This document shows, in pieces, positions 12,301 through 24,500 of a stretch of DNA of 64,000 bases (positions are counted from its first letter, which is position 1; every line of letters begins with the position of its first letter). Below the pieces are notes generated by a model that was given only the letters and a program-made list of their open reading frames with translations, ran no database searches and was not told the origin of the DNA. The position numbers and the translations under genes are program-made. The stretch lies in the NCBI RefSeq assembly GCF_006345805.1, contig NW_021833012.1, forward strand, positions 1-64,000, written 5' to 3'. The DNA comes from Octopus sinensis (taxonomy: Eukaryota).

Positions 12301-15152
12301 GGCCTGACACTGGCATTGGCCATGACTACAGTCTCACTTGTTTTGACAGGTCTGTACAAGCACGGTATCTTACCAAAGGTCTCGGTCACCTGTGACTGCT
12401 TCCATGTGACCCAATGCTCAAACGGTGCTTTTTGTGTGCCACTGGCATCAGCCATGACTATGGTTTGACAGGTCCTCACAAGCTCAGCATATCACCCAAC
12501 ATCTGAAGGGTGCTTTATATGGGCCAGTTATGCTACAATGGCATTGGCCATTACTCCAATCTCACTTGGCTTGACAGGTCATCTCAAACATCACATATTG
12601 TCAAAGATCTTCGTCACTGCCTCTGTCAGGTTCAAAGTATGAAGGTCATGCTTCACCACCTCATCCCATTTCTTCCTGGATCTACCTCTTCCACATGTTC
12701 CCTCCACTGTTAGGGTGTGACACTTCTTCATACAACTGTCCTCATCTACATGCATCACATGACCATACCAGTGCAGTCATCCCTCTTGCACACAACATCT
12801 GATGCCTCTTATCCCTAACTTTTCTTTCAAGATGCTTACACTCTGTCAAACATACACACTGACATTGCACATCCAGTGAAGCATACTGGATTCATTTCTT
12901 TCAACCCTACATATGTCCTTGGCTCTCACAGCCCATGTTTCACTGCTATGTAGCGTAGCTGTTCGCACACAGGCATCATACAATCTTACTTTCACCTTTG
13001 GTTGCCAGCAGGGTCAGGAGCTCTCTGAATTTTGCCCTGCCATTTTTATTCTCACTGCTACACTCTCAGAGTATCCACCTCCACTGATGATTTGGTCACA
13101 TAGATAACAGAAGCTATCTACTACCTCTAGCTTAGACCTCTGGCATTTGATGGAGTCTCTTTTCTGTACATTTCTAGTGTTTATCGTACATGTGCCTACT
13201 CCACACACACAAACTTTTTTCCCTGTTAATCTTCCTTTGATATTGCTGCACCTTTTATGTGTCCATAGCTTACACCAGGTACATCTTACGGAGTTGCTAC
13301 CTATGCCTTTTCTTCAGATTGAGCTGGGATATTTGGAGGGATTTGTGATTTGTCTGCCTTACTGCTTTCAGTTTTGCCTGGTTAACTCTAAAGCCCTTCA
13401 ATTCTAGACCTTCTTTCTATACTTAAATATATTAATTTATGATATATATTAACATATATTAGCATGTATTAAACAGAAACTTAAGAAAGCAAATATCTTT
13501 GCAGGTGGGTTTGAAATTCAGGCGGAATCTAACAAAATTATGAATCAAAGAAGGAGTGAACTGAAAACTGGAGAAGTAGTGTCAACTAAAGCTGGTAAAC
13601 TCAAATGCAAGACTATCATTCATGCTGTTGGACCCGTTTGGAATAATGGACGAACCAATGAAATTTTTCACCTTTCAAGAGCTGTTCAAAATTGTTTGGC
13701 ATTCCTTGAAGAAAAGTCTTATACATCAATTGCAATTCCTGCCATCAGTACAGGTAAGAATTTACCATTTTTATTCTGTTCAAATTATTTGGTATAGAAA
13801 TAGTAATTACACTATTTAGTGTATAGCAAGGCAACTATCCTGTCCCTCTATTCTAACCTCTCCCCTGGCACCCATCCACTTCCCTTGGTTTCACTCCCCC
13901 TCTCAACTAAAAGCCTTTGTCTTGCAAGTAACTTGGCCATCCCACAGGTGCTTTTTACGTGACACCAGCTCCTGTGACGGTGTCACATAAAAAGCACCCA
14001 GTGCATTCTCTAAAGTGGTTGGCATTCTGTAAAGGAAGGGCATCCAGCCATAGAACCTATACCAAAAGAGAAAATTGGTGCCTGGGCAGCTCTCTGGCCT
14101 TGAAAACAGATGTGAAATGATGATGATGATGATAATGACTGGTGTCCGTGTCGGTGAATGCCGCTTGACTGGCGTCCGTGTCCGTGACATGTAAAAGCAC
14201 AAACTGATCGTGGCCGTTTGCCAGCCTCCTGTAGCTCCTGTGCTGGTGGCACCTAATAAACACCCACTACACTCACAGAGTGGTTGGCGTTAGGAAGGGC
14301 ATCCAGCTGTAGAAACACTGCCAAACCAGACTGGAGCATGGTGCAGCCTCCATGGCTTACCAGACCCCGGTCGAACCGTCCAACCCATGCCAGTATGGAA
14401 AACGGACGTTAATGATGATGGGGATGATGATGATATATTATTGTAGGAGATGTGGCAGCATGGTTAAAAAGCTGATGTTCCACATGATTTCTGATTCAGT
14501 TCCCTGGCAAGTCTTTTATTATAGACATGGGATGGCCAAAACCTTCTCAGTGGATTTGGTAGCCAGGAATTGAAAAGAGGCCTGTTGTGGCACAACTGAC
14601 ATTCTACAAGTACACTATTTGTTGTTGTTGTGTGAGTGTGTGACAGTCCCGGCACCCAAGCAGACAATTCTTGTCTGCCAACACTAACAATATAAGTGCC
14701 TTTATGCACCATATGAGAGGTTCTCTCACAGTAAATAACAAAGCATTTGGTGCTCAAACACAACATCCACATTTAGTTGGATATAAAAATTGCCTGTTGG
14801 TATTACTATTGCTTCTGTTGCTGTTAATTACCTTTTTCATAGGCTTGCTGGCTATTTGCAAAATCAGTGCCTTAACAGATACTGAAATTCTATATATGGT
14901 CAATAGATTTGGCTGTTATGTCTCCACTAGATGTCTTCTACTGAAGAGTCCAGGCAGGATGAAATCATGTCATCGTAGCAGATGGTTCTCGTCTGTTAAA
15001 AATATAAATATGAGTAATTTTATGCACCCAAGGCCCTGTGGGAGGTCCTCTTGAGGTAAATAATGCAGTTCTCTCTGTTCTAACATGACCTTTATGTTAA
15101 GTTGGATATAAAGATTGCTTTTCATATTAATACTGCTTGAGTCAACAATAAT

Positions 15153-15187
<35 letters not shown>

Positions 15188-15562
15188 ATACGTACATATA
15201 TATATTTGTACATATATATATATATATATATCTGTATATACAAACATAGAAGAGATACCTGAAGAATAGGATATCTGACTCGCTAGAAAGAGCAGTTAAA
15301 AACACCAAGCCACCAATTGTTGTAATTCCCAAATTATTTTTCAATCACTTTCGGAATTACAACAATTGGTGGCTTGGAGTTTTTAACTGCTCTTTCTAGC
15401 GAGTCAGATATCCTGTTCTTTGGGTATCTCTTTTGTGTTTGAATGTACACTGTATTCTTCTCTGAATGATATATAGTCTATTGACTAATTTTTTCTCTCT
15501 AGTCCATTGGTAACTAAGAATTTTTCGATAAATATTCTTGTTACCCTAAGTTTTTAAATATA

Positions 15563-15619
<57 letters not shown>

Positions 15620-15861
15620 ATAATATTAGGGAATAAATCCAAACTTACAGGGAAAAATGGGATTTAGGATTAAATCCAATCTTATTGTATAAATATATTA
15701 TATTATATTATATTATATTAAATTAAATTAGAGATAAAACCACTATTAGGCAAATCAAACAGTGAAAAACATAAGCCAATACATAAAATTAATTTTAAAA
15801 TATAAAGTTAAAAATAAAAAATTATTTAAATAATTTAAACTTATAAATTATATATATATAT

Positions 15862-15907
<46 letters not shown>

Positions 15908-18487
15908 ATTTTTATATTTATATATTATTTTATTTCTTAATTAATTAATTAATTAATTTTTTTTATATATCAAAAGTATTAAAAGTTTAATAGAAGATAA
16001 AGAGTAAAACACTACGATCGTTTCATGGCTGTACCAATTCGAATAACAATAATTTAAATTCAATTAATAATTCGAGTTATGGTTACAGTCAATCTTCAGG
16101 TTAATTGAAATATGTTAAAAATAATCAGAAATATTTAAACAATATTTTTAAGATATAAATAATATAATAATTTTACTTATAATAAACTCTATTATCAAAC
16201 TAGAAACTTAAAACTTAACAATTATGATTATATCAAAATCAATTATAATGTTAAATATTAATTTCAATTTATAAGGTAGGAAACACACCAATAATCTAAT
16301 ATCGGTAATAGTCTATATCTAATTACATAAATATTAAAAAAAACAAAAAAACTATTATATACAAATTATCAATGAAAATATATAAATGTATATAAATATT
16401 ATAATTAAGATCTAAAATAATCTCTATAAATAAATATATATGTACATATAATAAAAACCTAATAAATTAATTTTTCATATTTAAAGATGAAATAGCTAAT
16501 TTTAAAAATACAAACAAACAAACTTAAACGAACTTTCAGAAATCTTATGTAAAATACTTATAGAAATAATCAATTCGTAGTTATATAGTATCGAATAAAT
16601 ACTATAAATATAATTATCAATGGGAATAACTAGCGAATATCAATTTTAAAAGACAATAACTAAGTTATGCTATTAAGTTAGACAGGGCCTGGACCAATCT
16701 TTAGTCGAAACATATCTAAGTTTATCAAAGTTTATCTAATTTTAATTATAAAAAATTTAAAACTACAATTAATACTATTAATACATGTATATACAAAAGC
16801 CTAACTTTAGATACCTCCACTTGCAAAGACCTGTTGAAGTAAGTGAAATCATTGTTGTGGCTGATGACAGAACCGCCTAATTGGTACCTGTGCCGGTGGA
16901 ACGTTAAAAGCACCATTCGAGTGTGATCGTTGCCAGTGCTGCCTAACTGCTTCCTGTGCTGCTGGCACGTAAAAAGCACAATTCAAGCATGGTCATTGCC
17001 AGCGTCGCCTGACTGGCTCCTGTGCAGTTGGCATGTAAAAAGCACAACTTGAACATGGTCAATGCCAGTACCGCCTGACTGGCCCTTGTGCCGGTGGCAT
17101 GTTAATGCATGCACTACACTCTCGGAGTGGCTGGTGTTAGAAAGGGCATCCAGCTATAGAAACTTTGCCAGATCAGATTGGAGCTTGGTGCCAGCCAACA
17201 GTCATACCGTCCAACCCATGCCAGCATGGAAAGCAGACATTAAACCTTCATTGCACTGTCCTAACTGGCCCAAACTTCGAAGTCACTGTCAGTAATATTC
17301 CTGCCCAAATGTAATGAATTTGTTCTCTACAAAAGGAGAGAGTAAACTATCCGATTAGTATGAAATTGTTCCTATTATAACTGAACATAGAAGCAAACAT
17401 TAACTACATATAAATATCATCATCATCATTTAATGTTCGTTGTCCATGCTGGCATGGGTTGGATGATTCGACTGGGTTGGCATGCTGGAAGGCTGCACCA
17501 GGCTCCAGTCTGATTTGGCATATTTCTCTACAGCTAGATGCCTTTCCTAATGCCAACCACTCTGAGAGCGTAATAGGTGCTTTTACGTGCCACAGGCACA
17601 GGTGCCATTTGTATGATACTGGTATCTGCCATGACTGCAATTTTGCTAGGCATAATGGGTCTTCATCTCATAATGCCCAAGGTCTTGGTCATTGCCTCCA
17701 TGAGGCCCAAGACTCGGAAGGAGCTTGGCCACTTTGCCTCCATGAGGTCCAGCACTCGAAAGGAACTCAAACATCTCACCTCCGTGAGGCCCAACATTCA
17801 AATGGAACTCAGCTTCTTTGCCTCCATCAGATCCAATGCTTGAAAGGAACTAGTCACTATGCCTCCATGATGCCCAAGGTTTGAAAGGTACTCAGGTATT
17901 TTTGCCACTGAGAGGTCTAATGCTCGAAAGGTACTCAGCCACTTTGCCTCCATGAGGCCCAACATTCAAAAGATGTTCTTTAGGTGCCACCAGCATAGTT
18001 TCACTTGGCTTAATAGGTCCTCTTAAGCAGAACACATCGCCAAAGGTCTCGGTCACTTGTCTGCCTCTGTGAGGTTCAAAGTTCAAAGGTCATGCTTCAC
18101 CACCTCATCCCATTTCTTCCTGGGCCTACTGCTATCACAGGTGCCATCCACAGTTAGAGATCAGCACATCTTTACATAGCTGTCCTCATCCATATGCATC
18201 ACATGACCATACCAGCATAGGTGTCTCTCTTGAACACCACTTCTAACACTTTATACATATGTGTGTGTAATCAAATGATAGTTATAAACAAGGATCACCA
18301 TCTTACAAGCATTTCTGATCTTCAATGAAAACATGTGTGGCCATGGGGCAATATTAGCTTCCTTGGCAAGGGCTGGTGATAGGAATGTCAGCTACACATA
18401 GAAAATTTGCCTCAACCAATTCCACCTGAAGCATGAAAAAAGAGACATTAAAGTTATTATTATTATCATTATTATTATTGTTATTTC

Positions 18488-18521
<34 letters not shown>

Positions 18522-21500
18522 TAACTGTACAAACAACGAAGAAAAGAAACGTGTTCAAGAAGAGAGAGAGACAAACTTAGATCTTATTAAATACTGTCGT
18601 ATATTAATGAGTGTAAAGACCCCCCACCCCCGGTCATGAATGGCCATGATATTGCACCTAGAAAGTTCTCCTCTGTCTATTAAAGAATCTTCTTGTAAAT
18701 GATGGAATTGTGTTGTTTCTTGGTATTGCAGCTGATAAATTACTGAAATTATATCATATGTTAATCTATATGTATAAAACAAAGTATGTCTGTGTTTGTA
18801 ATATGTATGTATTTCTACAGTTTTCAACTGATTTTCACCAAACTTTACACACACATTACTTATGTGCCATGGATGTTTATGCACTATAACATTTTGTCCA
18901 GAGCTCCCACGCAATGTGACAAACTGACCATAAAAAAGTTCTTTACATGGCTTTTTCTCTAAAAACTGCAGTTTTTAACTGATTCTCTCTCTCTATTAAT
19001 CTCTTTTCCTTTTTCCCACTTTCACATATACAAATATTCATTTCTTTCTTTCTCTCTCTCTATTTCTCACTCTCACTCTATTTCTCACGCTCTCTCTAAC
19101 TCACTCTCTCTCTATTTCTCACTCCCTCTCTCTCTATTTCTCACTCACTTTCTCTCTCTTTCTCACTCTCTCTCTCTTTATTTCTCACTCTCTCTTTATT
19201 TCTTACTCTCTCTCTCTATTTTTCACTATATCTCTCTATTTCTCACTCTCTATTTCTCCCTCTCTCTATATTTCTCACTCTCTCACTCTCTATTTCTCCC
19301 TCTGTCTCTCTCTCTCTATTTCTCACTCTCTCCCTCTCTATTTCTCTCTCTATGAAAATTGGCTTCAGTGTGTTTCAGTTTTGTCGTGCGTATATATATA
19401 TATATATATATATCGTTGTCTTCATGCTATCTGAATGTTCTCCCCACAACATTACTTTGCTTATTTTAAGTTTCCTGCACTCTCTCTATTTAAATGCACC
19501 ATTTACATTTCTCCCTCTATCGGAAACCATTGTGTAATATTGTTTCCCTTTCATTCTTTCACTTTTGTGTGTGTGTTTGTGCATTCAATAAGGATGAAAA
19601 TAGTACAGGACATTTCAAACCTTGACAATGATGATGTCACTTATACAAGTGTGTATGTATCTCTGAGTGTATGTGTGTGTGGGTGTACGAGTGTGTGTGT
19701 GTCTCTCTGACTGTGTGTGGGTTTTCACACTAGGTACATTATTAAACACATGCACATCTACACATATGCATACACATGTGATGACTGATATGCGTGAATG
19801 TATGTCTGCATGTGTCTCTCTTATTATATGTATATGTCTGTTTGTGAGAGTGTATGTGTGCGTATCGTCGCATGTGTATGTGTCTGTGAGTGCGTGTGTG
19901 TTTGCGTGCCCACTACCTACATCAGTGCTTTTCAAACTTTTTGCTGGAGCAGAACCCCAAGGAAACATTCCACTGGCTCGAGGAACCCCTGTGCAATAAT
20001 TTAATAGTCTTATGCACACATATCTGCACAAGAGACTTAAAAATTACTGCCAATTTTAGCAGTTTTGTAACTTTTTGCGGAACCCCTGGACTGTACTGGT
20101 GGAACCCTAAGGATCCGTGGAACCCTGGCTGAAAACCACTGACCTACATTATTAAACAAGCTATCATCTACACAACCTCTTGACAAAAAACAATTACGTG
20201 GAAGGTCCAAATTATATGAAAATACATATCTACCGTTCCATTAACAGTTCATAATTATTGCAGCAGTTACAAGGGTGCAGGGTATTTGCAAATTGCTTAT
20301 ATTTGGTTAATTTATACAGTATACAAAAATATAGACATACTACATGCTTTCAAAAATAGAGATTAATGTATATTTTTTCTATGTTTATAATTTTTTGTTT
20401 AGAATATTGAAAAAAATTATGCCACCAAAGGAAAAACATAATCTTTCCAGAAACATCTATAAAGCAAGGAGTGCAGAAAACTGAAGGCGAGAGTCTCAAG
20501 AGATAATGGACATAAGACTTTGTCAACATCAGTAAAAGCATACTGTTGTTGTTAAGCAACAAGATGGGTAAAGGTGATTAGGTGATGGTCACGGGCTTAG
20601 GGGCGGGAGACCCCAGACCTTGGGAAAAAAAAAAAAAACTTTGGTCGTCTTGTAGTTGAGGGCTCTTCGTTGACACCCGACATCACTGGGAGGTGGCCCT
20701 CGAAGTCGCTGGAAATGGAGATCTCCAGGTCCAAATTCTTGAACGGCGTAGAAGCATGCTGCAGCATGTCAGATGTAGTCTCAATACAGAAGGGGCATGA
20801 CACTTTCCAAAGAACACCAAACGCATGCTGCAACGCATCAAATGGAGTCTGAAGACAGAAGATGAGACTTTCTGAACATCAGCAATGGCATGCTGCAGTA
20901 CATCAGATGGAGTCTCAAGAGGGAAGAAGGGACATGACACTTTCCAAAGATCACCAAACACATGCTGCAACACATCATATAGGACCTCAAGAGAGAAGGG
21001 AGATGAGACTTTCTGAAGATCAACAAAGGCATTCTGCTGGACATCAGATGGAGTCTCAAGACAGAAAGGAGATGAGACTTTCTGAAGATCAGCAAAGGCA
21101 TTCTGCTGGACATCAGATGGAGTCTCAAGACAGAAAGGAGATGAGACTTTCTGAAGATCAGCAAAGGCATTCTGCTGGACATCAGATGGAGTCTCAAGAC
21201 AGAAAGGAGATGAGACTTTCTGAAGATCAGCAAAGGCATTCTGCTGGACATCAGATGGAGTCTCAAGACAGAAAGGAGATGAGACTTTCTGAAGATCAGC
21301 AAAGGCATTCTGCTGGACATCAGATGGAGTCTCAAGACAGAAGGAGATGAGACTTTCTGAAGATCAGCAAAGGCATTCTGCTGGACATCAGATGGAGTCT
21401 CAAGACAGAAAGGAGATGAGACTTTCTGAAGATCAGCAAAGGCATTCTGCTGGACATCAGATGGAGTCTCAAGACAGAAAGGAGATGAGACTTTCTGAAG

Positions 21501-24500
21501 ATCAGCAAAGGCATTCTGCTGGACATCAGATGGAGTCTCAAGACAGAAAGGAGATGAGACTTTCTGAAGATCAGCAAAGGCATTCTGCTGGACATCAGAT
21601 GGAGTCTCAAGACAGAAAGGAGATGAGACTTTCTGAAGATCAGCAAAGGCATTCTGCTGGACATCAGATGGAGTCTCAAGACAGAAAGGAGATGAGACTT
21701 TCTGAAGATCAGCAAAGGCATTCTGCTGGACATCAGATGGAGTCTCAAGACAGAAAGGAGATGAGACTTTCTGAAGATCAGCAAAGGCATTCTGCTGGAC
21801 ATCAGATGGAGTCTCAAGACAGAAAGGAGATGAGACTTTCTGAAGATCAACAAAGGCATTCTGCTGGACATCAGATAGAGTCTCAAGACAGAAAGGAGAT
21901 GAGACTTTCTGAAGATCAGCAAAGGCATTCTGCTGGACATCAGATGGAGTCTCAAGACAGAAGGAGATGAGACTTTCTGAAGATCAGCAAAGGCATTCTG
22001 CTGGACATCAGATGGAGTCTCAAGACAGAAAGGAGATGAGACTTTCCCAAGATCAACAAAGGCATTCTGCTGGACATCAGATGGAGTCTCAAGACAGAAA
22101 GGAGATGAGACTTTCTGAAGATCAGCAAAGGCATTCTGCTGGACATCAGATGGAGTCTCAAGACAGAAAGGAGATGAGACTTTCTGAAGATCAGCAAAGG
22201 CATTCTGCTGGACATCAGATGGAGTCTCAAGACAGAAAGGAGATGAGACTTTCTGAAGATCAGCAAAGGCATTCTGCTGGACATCAGATGGAGTCTCAAG
22301 ACAGAAAGGAGATGAGACTTTCTGAAGATCAGCAAAGGCATTCTGCTGGACATCAGATGGAGTCTCAAGACAGAAAGGAGATGAGACTTTCTGAAGATCA
22401 GCAAAGGCATTCTGCTGGACATCAGATGGAGTCTCAAGACAGAAAGGAGATGAGACTTTCTGAAGATCAGCAAAGGCATTCTGCTGGACATCAGATGGAG
22501 TCTCAAGACAGAAAGGAGATGAGACTTTCTGAAGATCAGCAAAGGCATTCTGCTGGACATCAGATGGAGTCTCAAGACAGAAAGGAGATGAGACTTTCTG
22601 AAGATCAGCAAAGGCATTCTGCTGGACATCAGATGGAGTCTCAAGACAGAAACGAGATGAGACTTTCTGAAGATCAGCAAAGGCATTCTGCTGGACATCA
22701 GATGGAGTCTCAAGACAGAAAGGAGATGAGACTTTCTGAAGATCAGCAAAGGCATTCTGCTGGACATCAGATGGAGTCTCAAGACAGAAAGGAGATGAGA
22801 CTTTCTGAAGATCAGCAAAGGCATTCTGCTGGACATCAGATGGAGTCTCAAGACAGAAAGGAGATGAGACTTTCTGAAGATCAGCAAAGGCATTCTGCTG
22901 GACATCAGATGGAGTCTCAAGACAGAAAGGAGATGAGACTTTCTGAAGATCAGCAAAGGCATTCTGCTGGACATCAGATGGAGTCTCAAGACAGAAAGGA
23001 GATGAGACTTTCTGAAGATCAGCAAAGGCATTCTGCTGGACATCAGATGGAGTCTCAAGACAGAAAGGAGATGAGACTTTCTGAAGATCAGCAAAGGCAT
23101 TCTGCTGGACATCAGATGGAGTCTCAAGACAGAAAGGAGATGAGACTTTCTGAAGATCAGCAAAGGCATTCTGCTGGACATCAGATGGAGTCTCAAGACA
23201 GAAAGGAGATGAGACTTTCTGAAGATCAGCAAAGGCATTCTGCTGGACATCAGATGGAGTCTCAAGACAGAAAGGAGATGAGACTTTCTGAAGATCAGCA
23301 AAGGCATTCTGCTGGACATCAGATGGAGTCTCAAGACAGAAAGGAGATGAAACTTTCTGAAGATCAGCGAAGGCATTCTGCTGGACATCAGATGGAGTCT
23401 CAAGACAGAAAGGAGATGAGACTTTCTGAAGATCAGCGAAGGCATTCTGCTGGACATCAGATGGAGTCTCAAGACAGAAGGAGATGAGACTTTCCCAAGA
23501 TCAACAAAGGCATTCTGCTGGACATCAGATGGAGTCTCAAGACAGAAAGGAGATGAGACTTTCCCAAGATCAACAAAGGCATTCTGCTGGACATCAGATG
23601 GAGTCTCAAGACAGAAAGGAGATGAGACTTTCTGAAGATCAGCAAAGGCATTCTGCTGGACATCAGATGGAGTCTCAAGACAGAAAGGAGATGAGACTTT
23701 CTGAAGATCAGCAAAGGCATTCTGCTGGACATCAGATGGAGTCTCAAGACAGAAAGGAGATGAGACTTTCTGAAGATCAGCAAAGGCATGCAGCTGCAGC
23801 ACTTAATGCTGAATCATTAAAACGTTTAGCTCACCAGATTACACAGAGGTTCAATAGAATAGCTCTCAGAATCAGGTCACATACAAATTCGTTCTTCACA
23901 ACACCTGGAGCTTCTTTCAGATATGATCCATCGCATTCTTATAAAAATGATAATTCTGTTCAAATCGGTGACCTTTCTTGTCATCTGTGCATATATTCTT
24001 GTCATTTGTGCAAAGCTTTTACATTAACTCCACAAATGTTTTGTCATCAATGCAGCACTTTCATGTATCACCTGTTTCATATATATACAAACTATGCCCT
24101 TTTAATCCCGAGCAACACCGGGTATCTCTGCTAGTTATATATATTTTGAGTAAGAACATTTGTTGGATTAAATGTGTTGTATATTTTATTTATTACAGGT
24201 ATTTATGGTATACCCATAGAAGAAGGAACCAAATGTACAGTAAAGACGATAAAGAATTATCTTGATACTCACACAAATTCTAAAATAAAACATATTTGTT
24301 TAATTGATGTACGGAAGGAAGTAATCAGAGCTTTTAAGCTTCATCTAGAAATGGTGTTTGGAATCAGTAAAAGCAGAGGTAGGACTTGTTATTTGTTTGA
24401 TATTTTAGTGAAAACTTAAATGATTTATTTCAGGTGTTAATTAAGATTTTTCCTCCTTCAGTCAACTTTTATCTGATTCCTATTATTGGTTTATGGGCAC

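Larger units (their letters stand above)
18765..24134 (+). mobile_element. Non-autonomous Helitron derivative with an amplified STPR-like coding repeat
   Basis: 5' A|TCTATATGTATAAAAC at 18765; 3' hairpin cccg..cggg (24107-24122) then CTAG|T at 24131-24135. The ORF after the repeats reads [27 protein letters not shown], which I recognise as Helitron Rep/helicase N-terminal sequence. The 5' end assignment is less certain than the 3' end. Confidence 0.72.

Noticed and set aside
15620-16830. Mitochondrial insertion (NUMT)
   Set aside because: The block is AT-rich, but no mitochondrial gene, tRNA or rRNA was recognisable.
21952-23802. 616-aa and other minus-strand ORFs in the 69-bp array
   Set aside because: They are a by-product of a stop-poor tandem unit. 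Only the plus frame continues into recognisable Helitron-like sequence and fits a 23-aa E-S..R-L pattern.
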